Of a stretch of DNA of 64,000 nt, positions 12,369 to 25,139 are shown piece by piece. The notes below the pieces were generated by a model, which did no database searches, was not told the origin of the DNA, and saw nothing but the letters and a program-made list of their open reading frames with translations. Within the stretch, counting starts at the first letter, position 1; every line of letters begins with the position of its first letter. The position numbers and the translations under genes were made by a program. The stretch is from the NCBI GenBank assembly GCA_013265495.1, contig MU058687.1:4214093-4278092 (forward strand). The letters run 5' to 3'. Origin of the DNA: Vicugna vicugna. Taxonomy: Eukaryota.

Positions 12369-12445
12369 GATATATATGTATACCAGTATATATCTCTATA
12401 CATATGTGTATATATATATGTGTGTGTGTGTATATATATATGTAT
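12369..12445. repeat. (TA)/(TG) compound microsatellite ~190 nt upstream of the SS3 exon
   Basis: tatatatgtata...tatatatatgtgtgtgtgtgtatatatatatgtat. Confidence 0.85.
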
Positions 12446-12633
12446 CCAACTTTACTGAATAATATACTGTACATATACACCCACCTTAAACTTGTGCATA
12501 CTGTATATATATAAAATGGCCACATTTCTTGCGTGTGTCTGTCCCCGGAAGGGTGGACTGATTGTTTTTGGATGTCTGCAGCTGTTACCTTGAAGGATGC
12601 AATTTCATCTTTCATTTATTTTTCCCCATCTAG

Positions 12634-12660
12634 ACTGTATCAGGATAAACTGTAACTCCA
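12634..12660 (+). CDS. NRXN3: Neurexin-3 alternative splice site 3 (SS3) cassette microexon, 27 nt, phase 1-1, encoding (D)CIRINCNS(S)
   Basis: ttcatttatttttccccatctag|ACTGTATCAGGATAAACTGTAACTCCA|gtaagt. Joined to the upstream exon's terminal G it reads DCIRINCNS, the canonical SS3 insert of NRXN1/3. It is too short for the ORF track. Confidence 0.96.
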
Positions 12661-14341
12661 GTAAGTTTTCCCTCAAGTTTCATTTTGTTCTTTAAAAAAG
12701 AAAACTGACTTTATTTTGTTCACTGTTTTATGAGCTGTTTTTTAGTTGAATTATTTTATTTTCTGACGATGAAGTTGGGGGGAAATGGGTTGACAAGCTG
12801 AAGGGCTGGGGCGATGGTGACGGGCTGAGTGTGGCCCGGGGTGTGGTTTCTCAATTGAGGCAGGTCCTCGCTTCTTGGCTTGGTTTTGCTCTATATGCAG
12901 AAAAGGAGGAAAGGGCACCTGGATAATGAAAATAGCTTGTAAATGAATTGAAATGGTAATTTGTTGTTTGGGGAAAATAACTCTCAGGGGTGGACAACCA
13001 GAATGCACTTCTCCACTACCAAAAGCTTCAGAAAATAAAAGCAAAGTTTTTGACCCACAAGGTGGCTGCCAACTCTGACATTTCTTCCCTGGCATTTATC
13101 GCTGTAGGGTTTTGGTTTTTTTTTTTTTTTTTAAGGAGGGTAGACAAAGCACTGCACTTGATAATAATGCAACATTTTAACCAAAGACTTGACACATTCT
13201 AGCTCTTCTGAATAAATAAAGGCAGGTAATTATTTTTACTTTATTTCATTCAAAGATTCTAGTTCTTGAAGAAGGGTCTTAATGAGGCACAGGCTGAATA
13301 CTGCTCACACATTACTTCCTTTGTCTCAGAGATGCATGTTAACTGGGGTCATGAAGTAGGGGAATAAGAAGAGGAAGGGGAAGGTTGGGCACGAGGAAAA
13401 GAATAAGTGATAAAAGGAAGAAAGGAAGTAATGTACTTTGAGTCCTATAGTGTGCTCTATTAGTTAAGGCAATTCAGTAACAATCGATTAAGCAATGAGG
13501 GTAGTTGTTTCGGGTAATTAGCTACAAGACAATTCCAGCATTTCAACAGCTCAGCAAATAAGATTTCTTTCTTATGCAGGCAGAGTCCAGTGCCAGTTGG
13601 GCAGCTCTCTTCAAAGAAGTATTTCAGGCGTCTAGGCTTCTTCCATCAGCTGGGCTCACCAACCTTGGAGTTCTTCACTTCCAGTTGTATCCATAGGGCA
13701 GAGAGAGGAAGCTTGGGTAGTTATGCAGTATGTTTTATCGCCTTGCCTAAAAATGCCATACATCACTTTTGCCCATATTTTGTCAGGTATGGTTCCATCT
13801 GAAATCCAAAGGAAGCCAGGAAACACAGTCCTCCTGTGGATCAGGAAGACAGAATTGGATTGACTGAGCATCTAACATATGCCATTCTCAGTAGCATCTC
13901 CTCATTTTTTGCTTCCTTTCTTGCTAGGGTCCTTCTGTAGGAAGAAGCTCAGAAAAGGAAATGATCTAACTTACACATTTCATTTATTTGTTTATTCCTT
14001 CCTTTGAACATTTTTAAAGGTGTTAGCTGGTGTAACCTTCTTTCTTGGGAGATATGTTATCAGGACAGCAAACTAATAAAGCCCAAATCCACTTCTAGGG
14101 GGAAATGTTCCATGTAAAATAACAATAACAACAAAAAGAAATGTAAAAAAAATCAATGTAAACAACCACTTGCTAAAGTAGAGAGCTTTCTGCTTGTCTT
14201 GGCATCACTTTCAGTTAATTTAAGCCATGTCCTATTTTGCTGTGTTTAAACCCTTCTAATTAGCCAGAAATTTCTCATGATAGTTAGATCATTACAAGCC
14301 TAATTGAAATATCCTTTCTCTCTGAAGACTGGCATTTTCTA

Positions 14342-14630
14342 TTTCTTTAAGCAGCTTTATAGAGGTATAATTTCCATAACATAAAATTCATCCATGGTAA
14401 GCCTACAAATCAATGATTTTTATTAAATTTATAGAGTTGTCCAAATATCATTACAATCACATTTTAGAACATTTCCATCACCCCTCAGATTTCTCTTAGG
14501 TCATTTTGCAGTTAAGGACCCATAGCCCTAGACAGCTGTTGATCTGCTTTTATCTCTATAAATTTGCCTTTTCTGGACATTTCATGTGAATTAAATCATA
14601 TAACATACAGTCATTTGTGTCTGGCTTCTT
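14342..14630 (-). mobile_element. L1 3' end (L1MB-like), 5'-truncated
   Basis: cagctttatagaggtataattt...aatcaatgattttt...ttttagaacatttccatcaccc...ttgccttttctggacatttcat...tttgtgtctggcttctt. Confidence 0.85.
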
Positions 14631-17600
14631 AAAAAAGATACAGCATATCTCTGGAAAACTTCCTCTTTTACATGAGTTTCCAGAAGGAAATAAGATGGAA
14701 GCTGAGTGTGAAGGTGGAAAGCCTCATCCAAAGTTGAATCTGGCATCTTCTGGCTTCAGAGACTTATTTACAGCACAGAGAACTGAGGGCTTTATTTGAC
14801 CAGGATATCAGGACCTGCTTATGTGCTCTGCCCACATTTTATCTAATTCCATATATTCCATCTGATCAGCCATGGAGAGTCATCATAAGACATGTTCCTG
14901 AATTCTTTCTCCTGGGAAGACAGTGACTCTTCAGGACTCAGATGCCAGCAGCTTTTCTAAGCCTGATAAAACATTTTCTGTTCAGAGCCATCAGAAGCAG
15001 CATTGAGAGGAAATGCACACAGCACAGATGTGTTCACAACTTTGATCACAGTATAGATGGAGTGTAAATGGTTTAAATCAATATATAGGTAAAGAGCCAA
15101 GTCTGGATTTTAAAAATCAATTTTGAATTATCATGATAAACTTTTAACATATCAAGGGAGTTAATTTTGGTGAAAGCATCAGAGAAAAAATACATCGTGC
15201 CCAATAGTTGTATAGGGATCGAACAGAAACAAAACAAAAGCCCAATTTTTCAAACTAATCTAAGACCTTTAGTGTTGAGGGATGTAGATGTGTACCTAGG
15301 GTAAGGGAGAGTCACAAGTAAGTGTGATACATTTTCCCAAAGCTGGTTTTAATTGTTGATTTGGAGCAAAAACTTGAATTGAAAGCAAAGTGTTATATTA
15401 TGCAGCAGATTGCAAATAAACATGAACCTTATTTAATATATAAACCTTATTCCTACATTTTAAGAAAAAACATAACAATCGAAAGATGTATCATTTATAT
15501 TGTGTATCTTCTCTCTTCCATCCCTGGCATTGTTGGCACTTGGGTGGAAACATTTGAAAAGACTGTACAACTAAATTAGGAGCTAAAACAGGTACAGGTG
15601 ATTAGAACTTTTAACCCCCTCTTCTTATGAACATAATATCAGAGTTCATAGTTCGACCTGTTACAGAATCTCAAGTCATTTCTGTAACAGGTGTGCAGAT
15701 CCTGTCTCTTACACAATTTTTCATTGTGAGAGTGTAAGAGATAACATTGCTTTGCAGCCTGGAAGTGTGACAGGAAGAGGGTTTCCTCTTACTCCTGAGC
15801 TTTGTCTCCAGCTGCTGTCCCAGCAGCAGTCGTAGGGTGGGATTCCTTGAGCTTCAAAACAAAGCTGTTTATTTTCCCTCGAAGAGACATCCTGAATTCA
15901 GCTTTACCAAGTTAGAATGCAGGTTTATGAACTTTTCCAGAAATTCTTTTTTAGAATGCCTGTCCTGTGGAAAGTCAGTCAGGTAAAATACTGAAGGCAT
16001 CATCTATTCTTCTTCTTTTTCTGTTTTTTCTTATTCATCTGGCTCAAAATATTGTTTGTTCAGGAAAATGGCTATTTCCAAAGATTTGAGTGAACTTCTT
16101 TTTAATGGGGAGAAGGACATGAAAAAGAAGGACCATCTTCCAGTGTGAAGGGAAAGCAACTGGACGTGATAGAGGCCACTGATCCTGAGACAAAAAAGCC
16201 TTTTCCTTTCAGCTTTGTTGGCTGGCTCTTCTGTCAGGAACTGAGGTCCAGCTCTGTAATGAGGGTTTCCAAGAAGCAGAAGCAATTTTCTCATCAGCTT
16301 CTCTGCCTCTCTCCCTTTCTTACCTTCTCTTTTCCAGCACTTTGTCTTTCCCTATAATATCAATGATATGCTTACCATTACTCCTTCCCAATCTTACTAT
16401 CCCTGCTTTCCAGATCCTCCAAGAAGACCACACCACAAACTCTTCTCTGCCTCTTATCACCAAACATTTATTAGTGAGTGTGCAAATCACAGTCTTTGGT
16501 TGAATCTGGGACCTTGCTGGGTTTGAGTCATCTGGCAGGGATGTTTAAAAATATGTGGTAAGGAAATTTCCAGCTTAGAACTGACTTTAACATTGCAAAA
16601 GAGCAGCAGAGTTGGCAGTCATCATGGTGGATTGGACTCCAGGGTAACCTGGGGCACTTGTAAAGAAAACAGGGCTTCTTTCTGGAGAACTTCTGGAGGA
16701 AATCACCCATTCTGTGGTTCTGGTTCCATGAGGCTGCCACGGCCTGAGAGACATGCGGCTCTGAAAACAGGTATGGACTTCCTGTTGCTCTCATGGGTGT
16801 TCGCGCAAAGGAGAGTCTGTAAAGTGGCTTGTTGTCTTTTACCCTGTCTGACCGTCACTCTACCCTATGATTTCCTAGTCCCTCCTTCATTCTCTCCCTT
16901 GTAAGCCATGTGCGGTATGAATGAATACAGTGAACTCACATCAATTAAATATGAGTATAGCATGAATGAATATAGTGAACACACATTAATGAATACCAAA
17001 TCCCCTGTTTTTTTTTTCAATCTTTCTCTCTCAAAGGCTAATTCTTCTGTGTGGTGGCCATTTTTTTCAATCTTTCTAGAAAGGAGTGTATATATCACAT
17101 GGAAATTATGATGAAATCGTGAGCTTTGTGTATGTGCCTGATTATTTAGGTTTAGGTAGACCTCTCCCCAGTTACCTTGAACTTGAAGCCTTACTAATTG
17201 ATCTGTGACAAGGTTAATTTTTTTCTTCGACATCGAGGAGAAAGGAAATAGAGTGTCATACAAAAGTATACTGACCTTAAAACACTGAAGTGCCATGATG
17301 TGGTCATTTGTGTCAGAGAACAGCTTTTATAATCTCGTCCACTTCCCCCAGACTCTGTTACCGTTGAACCATGGAGATGCATGATAATATAAGAGCTGCA
17401 TGAACATAACATCACAAGGATATATCTCCAAGTCATACCTCTGGAGGCTACTAGTGTTTACTAAATATTCCTTCTCTTGCACCTGCCTGCCTAGTGCCTG
17501 TTTTTGCCTTTCGCCTTGGCTTCTCTACCTTTGGTTTCCAAGCATACTCAACGCTAGTGTCTGGCAAAGTCAGCAGGGTGTGTGGGTGGTTCTTGCTTAA

Positions 17601-18224
17601 TTTAGGAATAGTGTGGTGAACTGCAGTTTATTATGCTAGACTTCTGATTTTCTTGTTTTTCTCTGTCTTTCCTCTCTATGGTACCAGAATAAGTGATGTC
17701 ATCTTTAAGCCTAGTTTATCTAGAAATCCCAGAGCTGATTTGTTGAGCTTATCCCTTTAACTCAGAAACACTTACCTGAGGTCAACCAGGAAGGCTGACT
17801 TCTTCACTTTTGGATGTCTTCCCAGGGAAACTGTAAAACCTCTTTGGTACCCATTCCAGGATTTGGGTCACCATTGCTGTCATCCTGACCATCGCACTTC
17901 TCTTAGGAGAGTTTTAGTGGAGATGGAAAAATCGCAAAGCAGCTCTTGTATATAATAATGTAGAATTATCTGTCATGCTATCAACATCACACCTGGGACT
18001 TTCTATTTCTGTACTAAATAATTATGCTGTTCTTCAACTTTTATCAAAACCTGATTTTTAAAAGGTAACATAATTTTGTTTCTCTTTGGAGTGTTTTCTG
18101 TTTCTTATAACATAAAACCTCACATGCAAGTTTATTCATAGTATTAATAATAGGCAGAGTTGAGTACAATAGTATGCTTCCTAAATATTTAATATTAAAC
18201 TCTCCATAAATATTAATTCAGACT

Positions 18225-18980
18225 AATTTTATTTTAAAATAGTTTTAAAATTGTACAGGGGACAAAGGCAAGGTTGCAAAAATTCTCCCTCTTATCCATG
18301 ATTCTCATCCCTAAATTCTCTTCCTCAGAGGCAACCCAAATTATCAGCTTTTTAAATATTCTTTCAGAGGGAATTTATGAGTATACAACATAGTTATAAC
18401 CATATTTTCCCCTCCGCTTTTTCTTCCTTCTCCTTCTTTACACGAGGTTAACACATTCTTCTGAATCTTGCCTTTTTCTCACAAAGTATCTTAGGAACTA
18501 GTCCATATAAAAACATAAAGATCTACTTTATTCTTTTTTTCTTTTTTAATTCTGATTTTGTATTGAGGTGTAGTTGATTTGCTATGTTAGTTTCATATGT
18601 ACTGCAAAGTGATTCAGTTATACATATACATACATCTGTATTATAATAGTCACGTACTATTGCATTTCATGGAGGTATTCTATTTAATTAAATCACTGCC
18701 CTACTGATACACATTTAGATTTTTCTCCATTTTTTTTACCGCTACTAAAAGTAAGAAAATGTATGTTTTTGTTCATTAATCTTTGCATGCATGTAGAGCA
18801 ATATCTATTGGTTAAATTGCTTAAAGTAGAATTGGTAGGTCAACAGTTAAGTGCATTCCAAATGCTGATAAATATTGACAAGTTTCACTCCCCTCTGCTT
18901 TCCTGTAGACAATATATGAACGTTTGTTTCTCCTCACCCTTGCTAAACAAACACATTTGTATTATCAAGCTTTTTATTCA
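18225..18980 (-). mobile_element. Ancient L1ME-type 3' region, interrupted by a younger L1 fragment
   Basis: cagaggcaacc...tttttaaatattctttcagag...cctactgatacacatttagatt...aagtagaattggtaggtcaa...ctcacccttgc. Confidence 0.7.
18531..18642 (-). mobile_element. Cetartiodactyl-type L1 extreme 3' end nested in L1ME
   Basis: Poly-T then tattgaggtgtagttgattt...atgttagtttca...caaagtgattcagttatacatatacat; a reverse-complement match to 45360-45440. Confidence 0.8.
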
Positions 18981-19304
18981 TGTTCTCCAAATAGCTTTTC
19001 AAAATGTTGCTGTCACATGCCCACTGCCTCTCAGAGACCTTTTCCTTCCTTCCTTCCACTTCTTCAGGTATATGCAGGGACCACTGTCATTCAAAACTTT
19101 GGTGACCACTTACACCAGAAATATTTTAATAGAAATCTGCTGTAGCAGCATTTCATAAAGCATTTCAGTCTTTGTTTTAGTAAACAGGGTAGAAAAGTGG
19201 CAATATGTTACAGTAATTTTATGTTATTTTCCTCCTATACTCCTGCTTATTTAAGTTGGAATCCCAGCAGAGAGAGGCATTTAAGTTCAATTACAAAAAA
19301 CAAG

Positions 19305-19700
19305 AAGGATTCTGGAGCCAAATAGCTTGGGTTCAACCTTTTCTATACCACTAATGAGCCATGCATCTTTGGACAATTTACTTTAACCCCCAGTTTCCTC
19401 AGTTGTAAAATTGGCATAATTATACTTTTAATTTTTTTTAATTGAAGTATAGTTCATTTACAATGTTGTGTTAGTTTCTGGTGTACAGCATATGGATTCA
19501 GTTGTGCATATATATTCTTTTTCATATTCTTTATCATTATGGGTTATTACAATATATCAAATACAGTTCCCTGTGCTAAATAGTAAGACCTTGTTGTTTA
19601 TCTGTTGTATATTAAAATGGGCATAATTATGGTATCTACCACTTTGAGCGAAAAAAGAGCCTAGAACATAGCACATGCTATATGTGTGGAGATGATGATG
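19305..19700 (+). mobile_element. MIR SINE split by an L1 insertion
   Basis: ttctggagccaaatagcttgggttcaa...cagtttcctcagttgtaaaattggcataat | ggtatctacc...cctagaacatagc. Confidence 0.7.
19424..19612 (-). mobile_element. Cetartiodactyl-type L1 3' end with an 18-bp target-site duplication
   Basis: ttttttttaattgaagtatagttcatttacaatgttgtgttagtttctggtgtacagc...agttccctgtgcta..; flanked by taaaat(t/g)ggcataattat at 19406-19423 and 19613-19630. Confidence 0.9.
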
Positions 19701-22381
19701 ATGATGATGGTTTTGGTGATGGCGAGGATGACTAATACTGTTAGAGTATTGCAACTGAAAACATGATCTTTGAGATCTGCTCTTGTTCAAGAATGGATAA
19801 CTATATATATACCTAAAATCATTTTGGTAGCTTAATAGATGACTATAAAATGAGCATCCCTATTTTCCTCAGCCAATTACCCAGGGCAATAATAAATGCT
19901 TTTCAAGGCCATCAGAAATGCACTGGATTCTGCATCAGTAACATTAATAATAAGAGTGTTCATGGGACCATCATGTTAGGGTTTTTTTCTTCCCTCAGTG
20001 CATTATGATAAACAGATTCTTGATGTCAACCCAGAGCTAATGAAAATATTTTGACTTCATGAGTTCTTCTATGTTTGTCTTTGGGACACTGGTATCATTT
20101 TAGTAAAAGCTTCATAGTGTTCTCAAAAGAAAATATTATCTTTAAAATACACAGATCTGATTTGATGATATCATTATATTTGTGGCTCTAATTTCTTCTC
20201 ATACCAATTTTGTGTAATTTAAACAGGAATGAAAATAAAATAGAGCCAGAGAAATAAGAGTTTTTAAAGCAAGGATACAGATTTCTAGCTAAGAACATTA
20301 CTGTCTGGTTTCGTTGGCACATTCCTGTTACAGCTTTAAAAGTCATCGAGTTCATTTAGACCATTGTGAGAAAGGAGGGCTAGTTCACCAAGAGGAGAAA
20401 AGTTAGTCATCCTCTTTTCAGGAGATCTTGTATTTTGGCTTTAGCCAGTTTGTTGAAGCACAGCATGTCAGTATGTTAAGAGACTCACACAAGTACCTTT
20501 GGGATATTAAAATTTCACATATGCCTTACAAAGGCCGGAGGTTCGGGCATTTTCAGATCCATACGTGATGCCCAGAGAAGGAGAAAATTAATGACTAGTT
20601 AGCAGTTAGAAATGCAGTGCCATCCACTCCCAACTTCTGGAAATGTCCTTTGAGAACAGGTTAAAAAGACATAAACAGAAAAAGGAACTTCTTCAGTAGC
20701 TTTAGCTAAGACCACTTTTTGTCTGATTTCAGAATGATCCCTGGGTCTAGCATGCAAATCTTATCACCTTTTGGTTTGCTTCTCTTGTGTACAGTGAGCT
20801 CCTGGTATGGAAAAGTCCACTCAGAAAGGTGTTTTAGCATGTGTAATTCCTTTGGGTTTTAGAAAGGATAAAGGGATGGGGAGCAAGCACCCATTTAAAG
20901 AGTAGATGGAAGTGAGATTGAAGAATAAATTATTAATAAGTGGCTTCCCAAGGAGAGAGTGTTTTGTCTCATCAAAGGAAGAAGCAGAGGAAATAATGAT
21001 GTAGACAGAAAACAAAATAAGAAGTTAAAAACACAAGACCTCGCAAGTATATAGATATAAGCGAAGTTGATAGCGTTATTGAATTTTAGAAAGGATTGCT
21101 AAATAAAGGAATAAAATTTCTCTATCTTAACATCCTAAAAATAAGGAAACACCTTGCCAACGTAAGAATGATTTATTGTGTACTGTCAGGCAAGAGTGGC
21201 AATACATAGACTCCTAGAACTGTTTACCAATCACAGTTCAAGCCACTGTAGTTAATTGTGTTAAATCAGAATACGTAGTCTGGAGATGTGTACACACATA
21301 CTAGGATATGTCAGCATAGCCTGACATTTTCGTGTTGACCTGGCTGCTGTAGGATTTTCATGACCTGAAGCTACCTTGGATAGAGTACATACTCAAAAAA
21401 TAATTAAGTCACTGAGGGAATGAACTGTACCCATTCATCTACCTTAATTTATTATTTATACAAGTTCTCTTAGGAAGAATATTAGCACTCTTTAGTGAGT
21501 TTGTTCTCTTATCCCTAATAATCTGAAAAAAATATATTATTTTCTCTATAAAACAAGAGATTTCAGAAAATGAAGATTTTAATGAAGTCCAATTTGGCTA
21601 GGTTTTGGTTGGAGTCAGAAAAACTTCATGAAGGAAAGTGAATGTGTATCAGCAAATATTACATGTTGTCACTCCTCATTCTTCATCGTCATCTTCCATG
21701 AACATTTACTGAGAGTTAACCGGGTTCCAGGTGTTGATGTCAACTTTAGGGATTTATACTGCAGATTTTCAAGGAAAATGCAGAAGGAATCCTCATAGTC
21801 TAGGCACACCCCCACCTTCCCCCATTTTCTGTTTTTCTTAGAGAAATTGGAACTCAGATGCATGTATGGTTAAAATCCAGATGAGCTTCTCATAGATTTT
21901 ATTCAGTGATGGTTCGTTTTGGTGTTCCATCCAGCATGATAGTTTCATTTTTTTTCACAATGTGTATATATTCCTTGTGTTGAGGCCCTGAACACCGGTC
22001 TACTTCGCCAGGCCTTTTTCCTTATTTTCCTTTTTTGTTTTGGCTGGTCCTCCATTGTCTGACCACCGGCTTAGAGCCGTAAAAGCTGTCAACAGCTGAC
22101 ATTTCAGGCGCTGCAGTTTTGAGTGTAAACGGTGTTTTCTGTTTTTCCTTCTAGTTTTTGAAAATGTTTCTTTATCCTCTGATCCATTTTATTTGCCTAA
22201 TTGCCACAGTAAGATTTACAAGATCACAAGTTCAATAAATACTACTGCTAGGCACAGTTTATATTTTGAAAATTAGGAAGGATCACTTTATCAATGAGGT
22301 GAAGGATGTGCAGTAACCATTTGGCAATTAACTAACATTATCAGCCAAACTCTGTTCCTGTTTGATGACCAGATAAATGCA

Positions 22382-22484
22382 TTAATGAATGTACTTCTCT
22401 TTCATTGTGTGTGTGTGTGTGTGTGTGTGTAGGTAGGTAGGTGGGTTTCACTCGTGTTACTTAGGTTAATGAATGTACTTCTCT

Positions 22485-22530
<46 letters not shown>

Positions 22531-22563
22531 GTAGGTAGGTGGGTTTCACTCGTGTTACTTAGG
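22382..22563. repeat. Two-copy tandem duplication (84 + 98 bp), each copy containing a (GT)n microsatellite
   Basis: Identical flanks ttaatgaatgtacttctctttcatt and aggtaggtaggtgggtttcactcgtgttacttagg; (GT)12 versus TT(GT)18. Confidence 0.95.
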
Positions 22564-24459
22564 AGAAGATTAGAAATTGAATTATGAAATCTCTGGAACA
22601 ATTAACCATAAAGTGCAGATCTCCCTACTGATTTAGAGCATCTCAGCAAACAGTTTTTCTCAATTTTAGAATCAATTTTGAGAAGAAAACTTAGAGACTG
22701 GGGATGTTGCTTCTAAAAGAAACGGAGTAATCTTCTGGCTGATGTATTGATTAAGTGACTGAAATCACAAGGCTTTCTCACTGAGAGTTTATTAGAAGTT
22801 AGGGAAATAAACCTTAAAGGGGATGTGTACATTTTCCTTCTAAAAATGAAGTTGTTTCAGAGTAAATCTGATTATGTAATAACTGTATACAAAACAATTT
22901 TGCTGTTACCCCCAAAGCCTTGTGGAAGCAAGGGGTGTGGTGTTTAGTTATAATCATCTAAGTCTTCCTGAAGACTCATAATGGCTGACACTATATTGCA
23001 ATAGAAAAATGTTAAAAGGCGTGTGTGCTCCAAAAGAGAGACAAATGTAATAGAGCTCACATCCCCTGAAGCAGAGTCTTCAAATGGTTATGACTCAGGA
23101 TCCTCCCAATAGGCCTGGTTGGGGCCATATGTTTAAATACCAACATGTTACAAGTTGGGAAGCCAAGGCTTGTGAAAGGCAGGTGCACCGCATAAGGTCT
23201 CAGGGTGGTTAGTGGCCGGCAGGAAGCTTCATAAATTTCATTTTCTGATTCTTCATCAAATGACCACTATTTGTCACCTAAGTTAAGTTGTCTTTTAATG
23301 ATGATACAGGACATTATTTTCTTTGGAATTACTTTTTAAAAACTGGGGGTGAGGGCCACTGCAAAGGTACCAAATTAGGGAGGATATTATGACCTAAACT
23401 CTTGGTTGTTGGATGAACAGCATTATGAATAGAATGAAATTTGGTTCTCAAGTCTAGGAGATCACAGAGAAATGAACTTGGTGTTGTCCACAAGTGTGGG
23501 CAGGATAAAATCTAAAGCAAGAAACTGAGGGCTAGTCCTCTGTTCCTGAGAAAATAAAGGCAAGGAAATAAGAAATGCTCAACCTGGAGAGAGGAAGGTC
23601 TATTTTCTGTGAGTGGTTTTCCTGTGAGTCTGTCAGGAAGCTCTTTTCCTTCCTCCCCTCCTCAGAACTAGAGGGGAAGGAACTACTCCACCGACCCGGA
23701 GGAGGGTGCTCACGGGAGGAGGGTGGTGAGAGCAGCGGAGACAGAGGCAGGAAAGGAGCCGACGCAGCAAGTGGCAACAACACAGGCGTGCAGGACAGGC
23801 AGAGACCAAGAGGAAGGGCACACATGAGTACTCGTACTGGAGCAGCAGAAGAGGAAGGTGCTTTGTCGTTGTAGAAAAATTCTGTATCTTTCCAATCTCA
23901 GCAAGAAAAAGAGAACACAGCAGAAGATGGATAAAAACAATAAAACGAAGTCACTGGGCTAGGGGATGGCTAGAGAAGGAGTGCCATCTCCTTATAAGAA
24001 AAAATTGATAGTTGACATTAAAGTCACACTGTCTAGCTGTCAGTGGTTGGAGCGTTTAACTTCGCTGTTTGAGTCACCGATTGTTACTTACAAGCAAACT
24101 CCCTTTCTGATAAAGAACCGATTAAAAAAACCTTACTGATTGTCAGAAATAGAAATGCTAGGTATTCTGTCACCTAAGTGCCCATGACTGAGTTTATTCA
24201 CACCCCTGCTTACATGGTGGAATGAGAACCTCACATTTGACATTTCGAAGGCATGAAAATTGGACACTAAGTGAAAAAACTACCCCATTCCCCCCTGCAT
24301 ATTTCCTTTGAACCTTTTTCCTCCTTTGTTACAGCAAAAATGGATGCTAAGTCCATATACAAGGACATTTGCAATTATAATTTACAAAACCTTTGCTATT
24401 GTTGTTTAAAGTGATCAACTTCACAGATGGCTACTAGTTACAGTAGAAATTATGGCCAA

Positions 24460-24660
24460 GATGGAGTGTTTTGTGCATGACAGGCACTGAGATGAGCAGT
24501 TTACTTGCATGATCTTGTTTCATCTTCACCCCAGTCTTACAAGGCAGGTATTATCCTCATTGCAGAAATGAGACTTAGTCACGTGAAACGCTTTGCCTGG
24601 CCTCAGATTCAGTGTATGTGATTCAGTCTATCTGATCCCAAAGCCGTGCTCCTCACCACG
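24460..24660 (-). mobile_element. MIR SINE
   Basis: caggcactg...ttcatcttcacc...aggcaggtattatcctcattgcagaaatgag...tctgatcccaaagccgtgctc. Confidence 0.65.
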
Positions 24661-25139
24661 ACACATATTTATTGCCTCTTGTGCTCCGAAGCTGAAATGT
24701 TGATGCTCAAATGAATGCAGTCCACCACTCCAGGACAAGGGCTGGTGGTCCCCAGGAGAGACGCTGCGTCTAGTCACTAGTAAATCCTATTTCTTTAGCT
24801 TGTCTTCCTGTAACCTTGGCCTTTTCCAGAGCCAAGCTTCCTCCGCCCAGCCTTAGAGGCATATTAGTGTCCCATTCTTGTTTGTAAGTAGTCTCTAAGG
24901 CACTGCTGACTTCTGTGACTGGAAGGTACTTGGCATTTGGAGATGCATAGAGGATGAATACGGAATCCTCACAAACAGAGATGACTGAGAAGAGGGTGGT
25001 GTTGGAATGCCATGACTGGTCAGTGCCGAGTCATCCTCCCCATGCTCGATGCTCAGCTGGCGTCCCTGTCTTTTGTCTCCTTGCATTAGACTCCGGTGCT
25101 TCAGTCTCAGCCAGCAGATTGTGGTTACCCGAATTCCCA

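Noticed and set aside
12661..12695. Read-through of the SS3 donor (SKFSLKFHFVL*)
   Set aside because: The donor CCA|GTAAGT is strong and nothing in the sequence supports extension.
23575..23890. Purine-rich GC block with overlapping ORFs on both strands
   Set aside because: No protein similarity or splice signals; possibly an old LTR, but I cannot assign a family.
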